Assembly (NCBI GenBank): GCA_012800435.1
Contig: JAAZJH010000023.1
Coordinates: forward strand, 4,878-68,877
Direction of reading: 5' to 3'
Origin: Clostridiaceae bacterium
GTDB lineage: Bacteria; Bacillota; Clostridia; Saccharofermentanales; DTU023
DNA: 64,000 nt
Position numbers and translations under genes: made by a program. Positions 19,592 to 28,197 of the stretch are shown in pieces (the first letter of the stretch is position 1; each line of letters opens with the position of its first letter). The notes under the pieces are model-generated. The model ran no database searches, was not told where the DNA came from, and saw only the letters and a list, made by a program, of their open reading frames with translations.

Positions 19592-20359
19592 TTAGCGTAG
19601 ATCCAGCAGATCCGCGGCGAGGAGAATTCCCAGACACGTTTTGCTGTCGCATAGCGTCCCGTCATACACCTGCTGAAGAGCCTCATGGAACGGAATCCAC
19701 TCGCGCGTCAAATATTCGCCTTCGTCCGGCATCGCTTTGCCTTGAATGAGATCGCGAGCTAGATAGACGCTGATCACTTCGTCAGTATATCCCGGCGACG
19801 GATAAAAACGAGTCAACAGATCCCAGCGATCAGCAACAACACCACCTTCCTCTTTCAGCTCGCGCCGCGCACACGTTAGCGCATCCTCCGGCGGATCAAG
19901 TTTGCCGGCAGGTATTTCTCTCATCAGACCGTCACAACCGACACGATGCTGCCGCACCAGAAGAATTCGGTTGTCGGCATCCATTGCAACGACGGACGAA
20001 CCGCCGGGATGACGCACCACTTCCCGAAACGAGTGTCGACCGTCAGGGAGCACTACGTCCTGAACTTCAACCGAAAAAATCCGCCCGATAAAACGCAGCA
20101 CCGATGACACGGTGCGTACATGCATTCCTTGAATAACATCACGCTTGTTATGTTCCGGAGCATCCCTATCTTCTTCTATAAAAGGTTCCTCTGACATTAA
20201 AAATACGTTATCGGCGTCATCGATTGCCGGTTCAGCTTTGGAAGCAGCGCTTTCTTTTGCACTGAAAGGACTGCGAATCCGATGCTCTCGTTCACTGAAT
20301 CCCGACATCCTTTTATCATGCTCATCCGACAAAACGTCACGATGTGGTTTTTCCCGCAT
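19592..20359 (-). CDS. NUDIX hydrolase (ADP-ribose pyrophosphatase-like) with ~80-aa N-terminal extension
   Basis: Nudix box GKLDPPEDALTCARRELKEEGGV. ATG 20359 is preceded by AGAGGAGAG at 8-nt spacing. Confidence 0.85.
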   Translation of the reverse strand: MREKPHRDVLSDEHDKRMSGFSEREHRIRSPFSAKESAASKAEPAIDDADNVFLMSEEPFIEEDRDAPEHNKRDVIQGMHVRTVSSVLRFIGRIFSVEVQDVVLPDGRHSFREVVRHPGGSSVVAMDADNRILLVRQHRVGCDGLMREIPAGKLDPPEDALTCARRELKEEGGVVADRWDLLTRFYPSPGYTDEVISVYLARDLIQGKAMPDEGEYLTREWIPFHEALQQVYDGTLCDSKTCLGILLAADLLDLR

Positions 20360-20410
20360 AGCAAATTCTCTCCTCTGCCTTCGATCGTTACCTCGTATGT
20401 AAATGCTTCA

Positions 20411-20881
20411 TTAGGGCACATTCTCCTTGATTTCATTGACAGCCATTTTATCACAGCGATTGTTGTAAGGATTATCCGCGTGTCCGCGTACCTTTCTCCA
20501 CGTCATCTTATGCTGTTTCTGTTCCTCCCAGAGTGCCTCCCAAAGGTCACGGTTGCTTACCGGCATACCCGCCGCGTTTTTCCAATTCCTTTTCTGCCAA
20601 TTTTGTATCCAGTTTTCGTTAAATGCAGACACCAAATAGGCGCTATCACTGTAAAGCGTGACGTTACACGGCCGTTTCAGTTCCTTCAAAGCTTCCAACG
20701 CTGCCGTGAGCTCCATACGATTGTTGGTCGTATCCGGCTCAAACCCGGAGATTTCTTTTTCAACACCCATCGCCATAAGGATCGCAGCCCATCCGCCCGG
20801 CCCTGGATTGCCGCTACAAGCGCCGTCGGTATAAATCACAACATCTGTTTTTGCAATAGGATTGTCATCTTGATTTTTCAT
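20411..20881 (-). CDS. rnhA: ribonuclease HI
   Basis: 156 aa. IYTDGACSGNPGPGGW, TNNRMELTA, YSDSAYL, RGHADNPYNNRCDKMA: the RNase H DEDD-type catalytic pattern. Confidence 0.9.
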   Translation of the reverse strand: MKNQDDNPIAKTDVVIYTDGACSGNPGPGGWAAILMAMGVEKEISGFEPDTTNNRMELTAALEALKELKRPCNVTLYSDSAYLVSAFNENWIQNWQKRNWKNAAGMPVSNRDLWEALWEEQKQHKMTWRKVRGHADNPYNNRCDKMAVNEIKENVP

Positions 20882-21010
20882 ACTTCATATTATACATGTC
20901 CAGCAAAGTCATTAATTCTATCGTAAACAAAAGCTCTCACCCCTCGTGATGTGAAATAAGATCGCATCAATACAAAAATCCTGCATTTGATGCTTAAAAA
21001 CTTACAAATT

Positions 21011-21047
21011 AAAAAAATGTTCCCCGCCGTTGAAGTACGAGAAACAT
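21011..21047 (-). terminator. rho-independent terminator downstream of rny
   Basis: The minus strand reads ATGTTTC-16-nt loop-GGAACAT followed by TTTTTTT. The stem is 7 bp including one G-U pair. Confidence 0.55.
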
Positions 21048-21060
21048 CCCTCATGTGTAT

Positions 21061-21090
21061 CCCGGGAAGATGCTGCAGCACCTTCCCGGG
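21061..21090 (-). other. 30-nt near-perfect palindrome in the rny 3' UTR
   Basis: cccgggaagatgctgcagcaccttcccggg has 14 of 15 positions self-complementary. It starts 16 nt after the rny stop and has no adjacent U-tract. Confidence 0.6.
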
Positions 21091-21106
21091 ATGAGTTCGA
21101 ATACCC

Positions 21107-22690
21107 TTACTTTGCTACTTCGCTGTAGCGGCTTTCTCGAATCACGTTCACCTTGATCTGACCCGGGAAATTGAGCTCGTCTTCGATCTTTTTACAGATC
21201 TGATGTGCCAGTAACGGCATCGCGTTATCGTCAATTTCATCCGGAACGACGATGACACGAATTTCACGGCCGGCCTGCACGGCGTACGATTTCTCTACGC
21301 CGTCCATCGAGCTTGCGATGTCTTCCAGCTTCTGAACGCGCTGTATATACATTTCAATATTCTCACGACGTGCGCCGGGTCGTGCGGCAGAAATCGCGTC
21401 CGCCGCCGCTACCAAACACGCAATGAGCGATTCCGGTTCGACATCTCCGTGATGAGATTCAATACTGTTCAATGTTATGGGATCCAGTTTATATCGGCGC
21501 GCGACTTCAGCTCCAAGCTGGACATGTGATCCGTCGCGTTCAAAATCGATCGCTTTGCCAATGTCGTGCAAAAGCCCTGCTTTTTTCGCTGCGCTTTCAT
21601 CAAGATCAAGTTCCGCCGCTAACATACCGGCGATCCAACAGACTTCAATGGAATGCTGTAGTACATTTTGTCCGTAACTGGTGCGAAAACGCAACCTTCC
21701 TAGCAGGCGAACAACCTCTTGCGGAAGACCGACAACACCTGTATCAAATACAGCTTGTTCACCGGCTTCACGAATAGCGTTGTCTACTTCGCGCGCGGCT
21801 TTTTTCACCATTTCCTCAATGCGTGTCGGATGGATCCGTCCGTCTTTCACCAGCTTTTCAATGCTGATTCGCGCGATTTCGCGACGTATCGGGTCAAAGC
21901 TGGAAAGAATAACGGCCTCCGGCGTGTCATCGATGATCAGATCAACGCCTGTCAGCTGTTCGATTGTGCGAATGTTGCGACCTTCACGGCCGATGATGCG
22001 CCCCTTCATCTCTTCGTTCGGAAGCACAACAACGGATACTGTCGCCTCAGATACGTAATCGCATGCGTAACGCTGAATGGTGCTAACCACCAGTTCTCTT
22101 GCCTTTTCTTCACAGGATGCGGCAGCTTCTTCTTCCAATGCCCTAAATTTTAGTGCGAGATCGTGACGGTATACGTGTTCCGCTTCTTCAAGCACCTGCG
22201 CTCTCGCATCGGCGACTGAGAGACCTGCCACACGTTCCAGTTCCGCCATCTTCTTGATCTCGACAGCGTTGAGTTCTACTTCTTTCTCATCTAGTGCGCT
22301 CTCGCGTTCTTTGAAGTTGCGTTCGCGATCCTCGAGACTTTGAATCCGGCGATCCAATGTTGATTCTTTTTGTTCCAGACGCTGACGCTCTCGTGTCATT
22401 TCTTGGCGTTTTTCACGCACATCGCATTCCAGAGTATGGCGCGCGTTCTGGATCTCTTCCTTCATGGAGAGTAACAACTCTCGTTTACGGTTTTCACCTT
22501 TACGCACCGCCTCGCTAATGATCGATTTGGCTTCGTTTTCTGTTCTCACCCTTGATTCTTCAAGTTCTTTAGCTTTTTTGCTAAGACCTCTATGGTAAAA
22601 CAGCGCGGTTATGCCCCACGCCATGATGACGCCGACAAGTAAACCGATTACCCCGTATAGCCATTCTATGGTAATCACCTCCGTATTCAA
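21107..22690 (-). CDS. rny: ribonuclease Y
   Basis: 527 aa. N-terminal TM helix, coiled coil, KH domain ([12 protein letters not shown]) and HD domain (LLHDIGKA). Confidence 0.95.
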   Translation of the reverse strand: MNTEVITIEWLYGVIGLLVGVIMAWGITALFYHRGLSKKAKELEESRVRTENEAKSIISEAVRKGENRKRELLLSMKEEIQNARHTLECDVREKRQEMTRERQRLEQKESTLDRRIQSLEDRERNFKERESALDEKEVELNAVEIKKMAELERVAGLSVADARAQVLEEAEHVYRHDLALKFRALEEEAAASCEEKARELVVSTIQRYACDYVSEATVSVVVLPNEEMKGRIIGREGRNIRTIEQLTGVDLIIDDTPEAVILSSFDPIRREIARISIEKLVKDGRIHPTRIEEMVKKAAREVDNAIREAGEQAVFDTGVVGLPQEVVRLLGRLRFRTSYGQNVLQHSIEVCWIAGMLAAELDLDESAAKKAGLLHDIGKAIDFERDGSHVQLGAEVARRYKLDPITLNSIESHHGDVEPESLIACLVAAADAISAARPGARRENIEMYIQRVQKLEDIASSMDGVEKSYAVQAGREIRVIVVPDEIDDNAMPLLAHQICKKIEDELNFPGQIKVNVIRESRYSEVAK

Positions 22691-22836
22691 TTATCAAGCT
22701 ACAATGATAAATATTTATGAAATGGTTCATCACAGAGAAATGCAGAAAAAAGCACAGAAAAGCTTCCTTCTGCTTCTCAATGATTGTTCAAATCACTACG
22801 ATCAGTTTATGAGGCAAACGCTAAAATGTCAATCAA

Positions 22837-23478
22837 TTATAATCGTTCATAGACGACCTTGGCGATATTATTCGTTTTGTCCTCTGCTTCGGCTAGGAGG
22901 CGGACGCATAAAGCTTCTGCTTCAGACGTAAATGTATTATCCGAAATACCGCCCAAGTTGATACGTACGTTCATGACGGCGCTTTGTAAAGCGGCAAAAG
23001 CGCAATAGGCGGAAACACCCGCATCGGAAATGCAGTTTTTGTGGCCACAGTGAGCAAGAGCCTCAAGACGTTCAAGTGTTTCAAACGCTTTTTTAGCCGT
23101 TTCCAATGGTGCTTTCGTCGCTACGATGCTCGCCTCTTCCATAGCTTTTTGGCGAATTTTCTTCTCTTCTTCGGTTTCTTTCGGAAGTTGAAGTGCTGCC
23201 ATGAACGTATTGAACGCGGCAACATCCTCGTCAATCAGACGAATGAAATCTTTCTGCAGTTCTTCCAATGCCCGAAAATCGCATTCGACAGTTGCTTTCT
23301 TCGCTTCATCATTGGCCTGATATGATTTTTTATTAACCGACAGATGATAGACCATCTGTCCTAGCGCTGCACCCAGGGCGCCAACGACGGCAGACACACT
23401 TCCGCCTCCCGGTGTTGGCGCATCTGTAGATGCGACGGCGACATAATCTCGAATGGAACAATCTGCAAATTTTTTCAT
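22837..23478 (-). CDS. cyclodeaminase/cyclohydrolase family protein (FtcD C-terminal domain-like)
   Basis: 213-aa all-helical protein. N-terminal STDAPTPGGGSVSAVVGALGAALGQMV is typical of the formiminotetrahydrofolate cyclodeaminase family. Confidence 0.8.
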   Translation of the reverse strand: MKKFADCSIRDYVAVASTDAPTPGGGSVSAVVGALGAALGQMVYHLSVNKKSYQANDEAKKATVECDFRALEELQKDFIRLIDEDVAAFNTFMAALQLPKETEEEKKIRQKAMEEASIVATKAPLETAKKAFETLERLEALAHCGHKNCISDAGVSAYCAFAALQSAVMNVRINLGGISDNTFTSEAEALCVRLLAEAEDKTNNIAKVVYERL

Positions 23479-23638
23479 CTTATATCCTTTCCTGTTTGTT
23501 AGGGTATCTCATTCGCAATGAATGAACTGTCGGTCTGAAAAACATTTGAAAGTTCTTCTTCATACCCCTTTTCCTTAACCCCTTCACAATCAATATAGTG
23601 ACGTGCCGACGGAATAGCACTCTGTTGAAAAAACGCAC

Positions 23639-25168
23639 TTATGAGAGCGCGTTCAATATCTCCTCTAATTGACCTGTATCAATAAGGTGCTGAAGCGCCT
23701 CAATATCCGGTGCCGGCGGTCGATCCTCCGTGAGCGGTTTCACGTGTTCGCGAATCAGTCGATAAACAGCTTCCGTACCGTGCCCGAGCTGACGACGTTC
23801 AAGAAGATCGATCGCCTGGGCGGCACACATTAGTTCGATCGCAATCACGCGACGTGTATTTTTAACGATGGCAGATGCCTTCCTCGCCGCGATCGCGCCC
23901 ATGCTGACGTGGTCTTCTTTGCTTGCGGATGAAGTAATGGAATCGACACTTGCCGGATGCGACAGTATTTTATTCTCCGATACGAGAGATGCCGCGACGT
24001 ATTGAGGAATCATCAAACCGGAATGGACACCGCCTTGGCGAGTAAGAAAAGCAGGAAGTCCGTTAGATAAATGAGGATTGACGAGACGTTCTGTCCGGCG
24101 CTCACTAATATTGGCAAGTTCCGCGGTGGCGATACCGAGAAAATCAAGCGCGAAGGCGAGCGGCTGGCCATGGAAATTACCTCCGGAAATCACCTCGCCC
24201 GTCTCCGGAAAAACGACAGGATTATCGGTAACAGCGTTCACTTCACGACTTAAGATCTGTCGAACGTAGTTCATAGCGTCAAGCGAGGCGCCGTGAACTT
24301 GCGGGACGCAGCGTAACGTATACGCGTCTTGCACATCTACTTGGCGTGTATCGGCATACGTGGATCCTTGAAGCCATTGAAGCAGAGTTTGGGCGACCTC
24401 GATCTGACCCTTCTGGGCACGGAGCTCGTGAATACGAGGATCAAAGGCATCGCGAAATCCGCGAAGCGCCTCAAAAGATAGCGCCGCGGCCGCGTTAGCC
24501 GCCTGAAGACAGCGTTCCGCGTCTAAAAGCGCTCGTATACCGACACTTAGCATCATCGATGTACCGTTAATCAACGCTAGACCGTCTTTGCCTGTCAGGG
24601 TAACCGGTTGGAGTCCGCGACGACGCAATGCTTTTGCACCGCTCAAAACAGAACCGCCTATATTGGCTTTGCCCTCTCCGATCAAAACCAGCGCCATGTG
24701 CGCGAGATTGGCAAGATCACCTGACGCGCCGAGTGAACCTTGACGGGGAACGACCGGAACAATGTCGTTGTTCAAAAGCGCCAATAACTGGTCAGCGACA
24801 ATAGGATTAATGCCGGAATATCCGACAGCAAACGCATTCAGCCGCAGAAGCATCATTGCTCGTACCGTCGATCGCGGCAACGGATCGCCCGTAGCTGATG
24901 CATGACTTCGTATCAGATTGATTTGAAGCTCACGATTTTGAGACTCCGAAATCTCAACATGGCTCAACTCGCCGAATCCCGTAGAGATTCCGTAGGTTGG
25001 CTTTTTATCGGCGAGGATGTTACGTACAAGCGCATAGGACGATTCCATCCTAGCCCGCGCGCTGTCTTCAATGACACAAGTCACCCTGTGATTGAGCGCG
25101 ACGTGTCGAACGTCCTCAAGCGTCAAGGAATGTCCGTCAAGCACCAAGAGTTCATCATGCTCACGCAT
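23639..25168 (-). CDS. hutH: histidine ammonia-lyase (aromatic amino acid lyase family)
   Basis: 509 aa. The MIO-forming triad lies in the context GSLGASGDLANLAHM. The start ATG overlaps the recN stop (ATGCGTGA), with GGAGG 8 nt upstream. Confidence 0.88.
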   Translation of the reverse strand: MREHDELLVLDGHSLTLEDVRHVALNHRVTCVIEDSARARMESSYALVRNILADKKPTYGISTGFGELSHVEISESQNRELQINLIRSHASATGDPLPRSTVRAMMLLRLNAFAVGYSGINPIVADQLLALLNNDIVPVVPRQGSLGASGDLANLAHMALVLIGEGKANIGGSVLSGAKALRRRGLQPVTLTGKDGLALINGTSMMLSVGIRALLDAERCLQAANAAAALSFEALRGFRDAFDPRIHELRAQKGQIEVAQTLLQWLQGSTYADTRQVDVQDAYTLRCVPQVHGASLDAMNYVRQILSREVNAVTDNPVVFPETGEVISGGNFHGQPLAFALDFLGIATAELANISERRTERLVNPHLSNGLPAFLTRQGGVHSGLMIPQYVAASLVSENKILSHPASVDSITSSASKEDHVSMGAIAARKASAIVKNTRRVIAIELMCAAQAIDLLERRQLGHGTEAVYRLIREHVKPLTEDRPPAPDIEALQHLIDTGQLEEILNALS

Positions 25169-26840
25169 GTGGGATGCCTCCTTTAACCATCTTAGTTGCG
25201 AGCGCTAACGAGGAAGGATCCTCCGGTCTCCCGGTCAAAAGGCGAGCGACTTCTGCTACGCGCTCATCATGGTTCAATCTCTGAACGGTCATCACCGTCC
25301 GACCTTCTTTTTCTTCTTTACCTACTAAAAAATGCGCATCGGCTACGGCGGCAATCTGTGCGCTATGTGTTACACAGAGCACCTGCGCATGACGAGATAT
25401 CGACTTTAACTTATTGGCGATCATAGTCGTCGTCTTCCCACTGATACCTGTATCGATTTCATCAAATATAATCGTCGACACGTCGTCGACGGCTGCAAGC
25501 ACTGTTTTGATTGCCAAAAGCACCCGCGACGCTTCACCTCCGGAAATAATAGATACAAGCGGCATCATTGGCTCGCCTGGATTCGGGGTGATCAGGAAAC
25601 GCGCGCGATGAGGCTTATTGAGAAAATGTCCTTTGTCCCGCGCTGCCGATTCAACGCGCACTTCAAACACAGCGTCACTCATGTTGAGATCAGACAGTTC
25701 ACGATTGACTTCAGAAGACAAATGCTCCGCCGCATGAACTCGAGCGTCATAAAGACGAGCACCTGCGTCTTCAAGCGTCTGCACAAGACGAAGACGCTCT
25801 ATTGTTAATTGGGAAAGTTCAAGTTCTGTCGCGTCGATTCTCTCGATTTCTACACGAGCTTGATCAGCGTAGGCGAGTACGCGATCGAGCCCCTGTCCAT
25901 ATTTCTCCTGCAACCGACGCAGAAACACAAGACGTTGATTGGCTTCTTCCAGCGCGTCAGGACGATCGTCCAACCTCTCTTGTATACGATCAAGCTCAAA
26001 TATGATCTCTCTTAATGAAGATTGAACGAGAGCTGCGCGCTCTGCCAGTTCCTGAAGACGCACGCTCTGTTTGCCCGCCGATTCAAGTTCAGTGATTGCG
26101 CGTTTCAAATGTCCGGTGGCGGAACGATCATCATCGGACTCCAGCTCATAAAGCGCTCGACTGACGTGGGCAACGATATCGCGAACAGCTGTCAACGTCT
26201 TGATTCGTTTTAGGAGTGTTTCTTCCTCATTTTCGACGATACCTGCTTCTTCAATTTCATTGAGCTGGTAGAGAAGAATATCACGTCGGCGCGCACGTGT
26301 TTCAGGATCAAGATGCAACGCTTTCAGACGTTGTTCAACGCGACTGTAAGACGCGTATAATGTCTCATACGCTTCGAGCGCTTCTTCCACTGATGAGCCT
26401 CCGTATGAATCTAAAAGATCCAGATGAACCGACTCTTTGAAAATCATTTGTTGATCACTTTGGCTGTGAATCGCAAGTCTTGATGAGGACATCTCGCGAA
26501 GTTCACCGATCGTCGCGAGATGTCCGTTCAAACGTGCGTATCCGCGTCCGTTTGATCGAAATGAACGCACAAAAAGGAGTTCTCCGTCTTCAGTGGTGTC
26601 ATTGGATGCTTTTTCATCCTTGAAAAGGATCGAAACAGATGCTTCTTCGGCACCTGAGCGAATCATTGAGCGATCTGCACGTCCGCCCGATGCAAAATCG
26701 AGCGCATCAATAAGTATTGATTTTCCTGCGCCCGTTTCTCCAGAAAGAACTGTAAAACCCGGACCGAAATCAATACCCAGATGATCCGCTAGTGCAAACG
26801 CATCAATTTCAACGCGCTGAATCATGGACGAGCAGGTCAA
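25161..26840 (-). CDS. recN: DNA repair protein RecN
   Basis: 559 aa. Walker A GETGAGKSILIDAL, coiled-coil middle, and a C-terminal ISGGEASRVLLAIK...IFDEIDTGISG signature with Walker B. Confidence 0.95.
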   Translation of the reverse strand: MTCSSMIQRVEIDAFALADHLGIDFGPGFTVLSGETGAGKSILIDALDFASGGRADRSMIRSGAEEASVSILFKDEKASNDTTEDGELLFVRSFRSNGRGYARLNGHLATIGELREMSSSRLAIHSQSDQQMIFKESVHLDLLDSYGGSSVEEALEAYETLYASYSRVEQRLKALHLDPETRARRRDILLYQLNEIEEAGIVENEEETLLKRIKTLTAVRDIVAHVSRALYELESDDDRSATGHLKRAITELESAGKQSVRLQELAERAALVQSSLREIIFELDRIQERLDDRPDALEEANQRLVFLRRLQEKYGQGLDRVLAYADQARVEIERIDATELELSQLTIERLRLVQTLEDAGARLYDARVHAAEHLSSEVNRELSDLNMSDAVFEVRVESAARDKGHFLNKPHRARFLITPNPGEPMMPLVSIISGGEASRVLLAIKTVLAAVDDVSTIIFDEIDTGISGKTTTMIANKLKSISRHAQVLCVTHSAQIAAVADAHFLVGKEEKEGRTVMTVQRLNHDERVAEVARLLTGRPEDPSSLALATKMVKGGIPHA

Positions 26841-27331
26841 TCCTCCTCTGCATGTTCTTCAGCCGTATCTGTTTTAGAAAGCGTCAGAAGTTTAGATCGG
26901 AGCGCTTTTGCAGAAGGGTTGTCCGGAGTACCGACAAAGATTGTGTCGTCTCCTGCCAACGTGCCTAGAATCTCGTCAAAATACATTGAATCAAGTGCGG
27001 ACGCAGCGCCTTGTGCCAGACCGGGAAGCGTTTTGATGATGACAAACGCATTCGCGCATTGAACCGACGTAACCGCTTCAGCAAAGACACGTCTTAGACG
27101 TCCTGACGCGGCATCCCCGCTATGACTAAGTGTGACATATTTCTGCGTTCCTCGCCCCGTCATGACCTTGACGATACCTAACTCCTTGATGTCTCTTGAG
27201 ACTGTTGCCTGCGTGACGTCTATGCCGGAATCTCGTAGCATTTTAACGAGGTCGGATTGCGTCTCTACCGTTTCTTCATTCACAATGCGCAAAATACGTG
27301 CCTGGCGTTGTTTCTTAGACGTTTTTCTCAT
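26837..27331 (-). CDS. argR: arginine repressor ArgR/AhrC
   Basis: Start re-assigned to ATG 27331 (MRKTSKKQRQARILRIV...), immediately after the nadK stop. Winged-helix segment QSDLVKMLRDSGIDVTQATVSRDIKELG and C-terminal GTLAGDDTIFV. Confidence 0.9.
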   Translation of the reverse strand: MRKTSKKQRQARILRIVNEETVETQSDLVKMLRDSGIDVTQATVSRDIKELGIVKVMTGRGTQKYVTLSHSGDAASGRLRRVFAEAVTSVQCANAFVIIKTLPGLAQGAASALDSMYFDEILGTLAGDDTIFVGTPDNPSAKALRSKLLTLSKTDTAEEHAEED

Positions 27332-28185
27332 CGCGACACACCTCTTTTCTGGATTTTGACGGGAAGATTTTTGAAAAAAGCATCTTCCCAAAGCTTGATC
27401 ATGGGCAACTTATGTGGCGCAGTACGCACCGTAACGCTGTCTCCTTTTTCGACGGCGCAGGACGCGCGGCCGTCTACCGTGAGATAGGCCTCCTCATCTT
27501 CCGAGAGAAGCGCCAATCGGATCTCTGTATCAGCACCTAGTACAAACGATCGGTCATGCAATGTATGCGGACAAATCGCCGACACGAGGATCGCATCCAA
27601 TGAGGGCTCAAGAATCGGGCCGCCGACGGCAAGTGAATAGGCCGTTGAACCGGTTGGTGTTGCGACGATTATCCCGTCGCCGGGAATATGGTCGACTGTC
27701 TCCCCGTCAATCGACAACTCAATCGTAATGGTCTTTGCGATATTGCCTCTAGCGAGAACAACATCGTTTAGTGCGAATTCAACATCTTGCGACACGCCGT
27801 CCGACCGAACATGGTAGGAAGCAAGCAATGGACGCAATTCAATGCGATAATCTTTATTCACCAGTTTTCTGACCACATCTTCGATCTGGTCAGGCTCTGC
27901 TTCAAGAAGGAAGCCGACGCTGCCGAGATTAACACCCGTTTTAGGAATATTGCGCGCACTGACAAGATGTGCAGCCGATAGAAAGGTTCCGTCTCCGCCG
28001 AGGACAATCATCACATCGCAGGATGCATAGGAGGCGCGTTCTATAGGCACATTACACGAAAGATCCGGCGCGACACCCTCTTCAATCACTGCTTGAGCAC
28101 CATACGCTTCAATGTACTGAGCAAGTCGTTTTGTGATTTCAAATTCGTGATCACGACCACGGTTTGGATAAAGCGCGATTCGCAC
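27328..28185 (-). CDS. nadK: NAD+ kinase
   Basis: 285 aa. GGDGTFL motif and ATPTGSTAYSLAVGGPI. Confidence 0.92.
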   Translation of the reverse strand: MRIALYPNRGRDHEFEITKRLAQYIEAYGAQAVIEEGVAPDLSCNVPIERASYASCDVMIVLGGDGTFLSAAHLVSARNIPKTGVNLGSVGFLLEAEPDQIEDVVRKLVNKDYRIELRPLLASYHVRSDGVSQDVEFALNDVVLARGNIAKTITIELSIDGETVDHIPGDGIIVATPTGSTAYSLAVGGPILEPSLDAILVSAICPHTLHDRSFVLGADTEIRLALLSEDEEAYLTVDGRASCAVEKGDSVTVRTAPHKLPMIKLWEDAFFKNLPVKIQKRGVSR

Positions 28186-28197
28186 TCTCAGCTCCCT

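Noticed and set aside
20962-20993. The hairpin GCATCAA-16 nt-TTGATGC between rny and rnhA, considered as a possible sRNA or terminator.
   Set aside because: The stem is short, there is no U-tract and no promoter context, so the evidence is insufficient.
26837-27391. The longer argR ORF (184 aa) overlapping nadK.
   Set aside because: ATG 27331 directly follows the nadK stop and yields the normal ~164-aa ArgR beginning MRKTSKKQRQARIL. The extension has no homology.
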